A DNA stretch of 64,000 bases, from contig JACQXK010000032.1 in the NCBI GenBank assembly GCA_016208765.1, positions 118,385 to 182,384 on the forward strand. Reading direction: 5' to 3'. The stretch is from Candidatus Omnitrophota bacterium (GTDB lineage: Bacteria; Omnitrophota; Gorgyraeia; Gygaellales; Profunditerraquicolaceae). The notes under the pieces are model-generated. The model saw nothing but the letters and a program-made list of their open reading frames with translations, made no database searches and was not told the DNA's origin. Position numbers and translations under genes: made by a program. Of this stretch, positions 61,199 to 64,000 are shown piece after piece; position 1 is the first letter of the stretch, and each line of letters starts with the position of its first letter.

Positions 61199-62558
61199 CT
61201 TTGCCTCAACACTGCTTCTTGATTATTTAACTGTGATTGATTGTATAAGAATAAATATGCAACTAATGCCGCTAGTGCCCAAAATGGCTCGGCAATTCTT
61301 ACAATATAGAAAGTAATATTACCGAATGAATGTATTAATAATCCTATAACCACAACTAAAAAACCAAGGCCCATGCCCTTCATCCAATCAGCTGATTCCT
61401 TGAATATTGCAATTCCCATTTTAAAAAGCCTAACAATCAACCAGAAAAATAGAGATAAACCGATTAAGCCTGTTTCTATCATAATTCTTGCATACTGACT
61501 ATCAAGCACTCCGCCTGCTGCAGTAATCCCGCCCCCAAAAATTGGATAAGCTTTAACATATCCCCAAGCTTTTTTAAAAGCAAAGAACCTTTCCCATATA
61601 ACGTTCTTTCAATTACTGCTCTTGACAGTATAAAAAGGCTCAAGATAGCAAAGATTACAAGTGTAGCAATTAACCACTTCTTTCTGCTTATGATAGCAAC
61701 TGCCACGAGAATCGCTAAAGTGGCGTAATATGCTGAACGCGCAAAAGAAAACATAATAGGAAAAGGAAGGAGCAATAATAAAACACCAGAGAGCTTTCTT
61801 AATACGCCTGCCTTAGAATAAATAAATAAACTGAGTGCAATCCCGAAGAAAATAGCAAGATAGGCCCCTAAGGTATTAGGCTCAGGCTTTCCCTCAAATG
61901 GTGCTGTAAGACGATTTGAAGTAAAGATTTCTGTTTTAGGAATCTGCAAAGTTGCATATATTCCCACAATAAGAGCAGTAATTAATAAAACATGCAAAAC
62001 AAATTTTACCTCACTAATATTGTTCAAGTTATTTACAATTAAGAAATAAATCGCAAAAAACTCAATTATCTTAAGATTTGTAAAAATACAAAAACTTACA
62101 TCAACCCAGCCTGAGGAGATCGCCCTAAATGAACAAATAATGTTCCAAATTATTATTGAAAAAATCGGCAGGTTCAAAGGAGTCTTAATAAAGAAATTCT
62201 TTTGAACACCCATAGCCAGCCTGCCAAGCCAAGCCAGCATTAAGATTATAATCAAAGTATCTTCAGTTCTTATGGTAAAACCCCTGTACTGCGAAAATGG
62301 CAAGTCAATCTCCGGAGATAACAAAAAAGCGAATATAATCAAAACAAAACCAATGCGAATATTAATAAAAGAAAGTAAGAAAAACCCCAAAAGGAATATT
62401 ATTCCAACTGTATAAGCTGGAGAAAGGTCACGCAATGAAATAAAAAACGCCCCGATAAAAACGATTGCAAGGCCAGCAATCATAATAACATTGCGTTTAT
62501 GCTGTATCTGATTAACTTCAGTTACCGATAATTCTCTTACTGGAACAACTGGCGGCAT
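61195..62558 (-). pseudogene. Wzy_C/O-antigen-ligase-like gene split in two frames (candidate frameshift or sequencing error)
   Basis: Track ORFs 61479..62558 (Wzy_C core: ...SFARSAYYATLAIL...) and 61195..61509 (MLDSQYARIMIETGLIGL..., equivalent to the HNxYLxxLAETGxxG C-terminal motif) overlap by 31 nt in different frames. The downstream frame stays open upstream to about 61597 (...KAYPIFGGGITAAGGVLDSQYARIMIETG). Homopolymer runs (CCCCCAAAAA, TTTTTAAAA) lie in the switch region. Confidence 0.5.
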
Positions 62559-62560
62559 AT

Positions 62561-64000
62561 TTATTCTTTCTTAGGCTCTAATCCTTTTTCTTTTGCAAAC
62601 TTATCAAAAACTAAACCAATATCAATATTATTCACGTTACTATCAGGGACAGCCATTCTTAGTTCTTCATAATTCTGAGTATATTTATAGATTTCCTCAA
62701 AAACACCCTGAATATCGCCATAACGACTGGTAAAAATCCCGTCATCACTAATAAACAGGCTCAACGACTTATGATAAGCCTTCAATGCTTCATCCAATAA
62801 ATAATGTTCCAAGCAATAATCTGCGTAAGGATAATAATATGCCCCAACGCTGGGATTTACTCCAACTGCCTTCCTAAAACATAATAAAGCATCTTTCAGC
62901 TGATTTCTCTGCGCGTAAACCTGCGCAAGCCTAAGCCAATAATCAGCCTGATAACTGTTTAATCCAATCGCCTGCTTTAGGTTCTCAATCTCTTCTTCCT
63001 GGAATTTAAATCTATCCTGCCCAAAACCTGATTTCAATTCATAAGCTTTTGCAATGCCAGCATGGGTCTCTGCCCTTAATGGCATTATTTCTCTGGACTT
63101 ACTAAAATCAATCAGTGCTTCAACAAGCTGCATGCGCGCTAACTTATTTTCTGCCAACAAATAATACTTATTTGAAAAGTAAATAGCAGTAAATAATCCG
63201 CCGCAAATTAGCGCTGCTATTAAAGACCAAATAAATGCGCGCCTGCCAGGCTTTATATGGCTGCATTCTCCAAAACAAGTTAAGCTCGCCAACATTCCCG
63301 TAATAACAAAAAACAAAACTGCATTTGCAGGCACCTGTAAAGGAAAGTCAACTAAAGCCTGCAACAAAAATGAACAAAAAGCACAAAATATACCTAATCC
63401 AAGAACAACTTGCTCTTTATTCTCCGGCTGGCTAAGAAATCTTAGAGATCTCAGAATTACAAGAATAACAAACCAAAGCAATAAGCCAAAACCGATAATC
63501 CCTGTTTCTGCAAATACTTGCAGAAAATCACTATGCGCTGCTTCAACAAAAAACCTGTCAGAATGGATCCTAAAACTTGGATAAATATACGAAAACGCAC
63601 CCAACCCGGCCCCAAAAGGATGCGCAATAATAAGCTTTATCGTACCCACCCAGATATCCATCCTTTGAAACAAACTCTGGAAATTTGTAATTGAGGCTAC
63701 TTGAAGCCTATGCAAAAAAGGAACCCTAAGATAATAAAGAGCACAACATAATATTATAACAAATCCCAAGACAGAAATAAAACCCTTTGTTTTAGAAATA
63801 GTTACATTCTTAAGCATCAAAACTAACCATAAAATAGCAATTAACAAAAACACGATCCAAGATATACGACTATTACTCAAAATTAGAGTAACAAAAAAAA
63901 TTGCCGGAAAAATAAAACATAAAACCCTGGAAATTGCCCTCTTTGAAGACATGGCCAATCCTAAACTAAGGAACAAATTTATGTTAATATAAGCCCCGAA
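62561..64000 (-). CDS. Wzy_C/O-antigen-ligase domain protein fused to C-terminal TPR repeats; 5' end beyond window
   Basis: Wzy_C blocks (SNSRISW..., GAGLGAF..., AHSDFLQVFAETGIIG), then TM helices and TPR-like repeats (YQADYWLRLAQVYAQRNQLKDALLCFRKAV). The reading frame stays open to the window edge; the track start at 63976 is a TTG. Confidence 0.6.
   Translation of the reverse strand, partial: FGAYININLFLSLGLAMSSKRAISRVLCFIFPAIFFVTLILSNSRISWIVFLLIAILWLVLMLKNVTISKTKGFISVLGFVIILCCALYYLRVPFLHRLQVASITNFQSLFQRMDIWVGTIKLIIAHPFGAGLGAFSYIYPSFRIHSDRFFVEAAHSDFLQVFAETGIIGFGLLLWFVILVILRSLRFLSQPENKEQVVLGLGIFCAFCSFLLQALVDFPLQVPANAVLFFVITGMLASLTCFGECSHIKPGRRAFIWSLIAALICGGLFTAIYFSNKYYLLAENKLARMQLVEALIDFSKSREIMPLRAETHAGIAKAYELKSGFGQDRFKFQEEEIENLKQAIGLNSYQADYWLRLAQVYAQRNQLKDALLCFRKAVGVNPSVGAYYYPYADYCLEHYLLDEALKAYHKSLSLFISDDGIFTSRYGDIQGVFEEIYKYTQNYEELRMAVPDSNVNNIDIGLVFDKFAKEKGLEPKKE

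Overview
AT-rich bacterial chromosomal segment. Every gene I can support lies on the minus strand, and the plus-strand ORFs in the track look like shadow ORFs. From the left edge to 5.9 kb there is a compact operon for a group-4 (energy-converting type) [NiFe] hydrogenase: NuoL/Mrp-like, NuoD-like large subunit with Ni-binding Cys motifs, NuoC-, NuoB- and NuoH-like subunits, and a polyferredoxin. It is preceded by a sulfhydrogenase/anaerobic-sulfite-reductase-like beta/gamma pair (AsrA/HydB-like Fe-S protein plus AsrB/HydG-like FAD/NAD(P)/2Fe-2S protein). From 6 to 14 kb come housekeeping genes: YqeY, a PfkB sugar kinase, uppP, an RluA-family pseudouridine synthase, nadA, mnmA, a short BtuB-like TonB-dependent receptor and birA. 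From 14 to 18.1 kb there is a sulfur-assimilation cluster: a LarE-like PP-loop sulfur transferase, a NIL-ferredoxin plus a DUF39/COG1900 pair for sulfide-dependent homocysteine synthesis, a NifU-like protein, cysK and an Rrf2 regulator. From 19.3 kb to the window end (about 45 kb) there is one very large cell-surface glycan / LPS-modification locus. It holds a WecA-like initiating transferase, a DegT aminotransferase, a UXS-like decarboxylase, a formyltransferase-GT4 fusion, two NodB deacetylases, a PIG-L deacetylase, several GT4 and GT2 enzymes (two fused to methyltransferases), at least eight SAM methyltransferase domains, a B12-radical-SAM enzyme, an AsnB-like amidotransferase, a FemAB/GNAT-like protein, a Wzm/Wzt ABC exporter, a MurJ/Wzx-type flippase, three Wzy_C/O-antigen-ligase-like proteins (one apparently frameshifted, one fused to TPR repeats), three ArnT/PMT-like GT-C transferases, two polyprenyl-phosphate GT2s and GDP-fucose synthase. 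Non-coding signals seen in the sequence: two diverged copies of a roughly 180-bp element with about 40-bp terminal inverted repeats, in opposite orientation in two operon-upstream intergenic regions (18253..18433 and 27076..27254); a second GC-rich 155-bp element with 24-bp inverted-repeat arms next to the first copy; a composite palindromic element overlapping the 3' end of a coding sequence (23851..23932); a 17-bp perfect palindrome at the Rrf2 promoter; and a rho-independent terminator after birA. No rRNA, tRNA, CRISPR array, transposase or integrase was recognisable.
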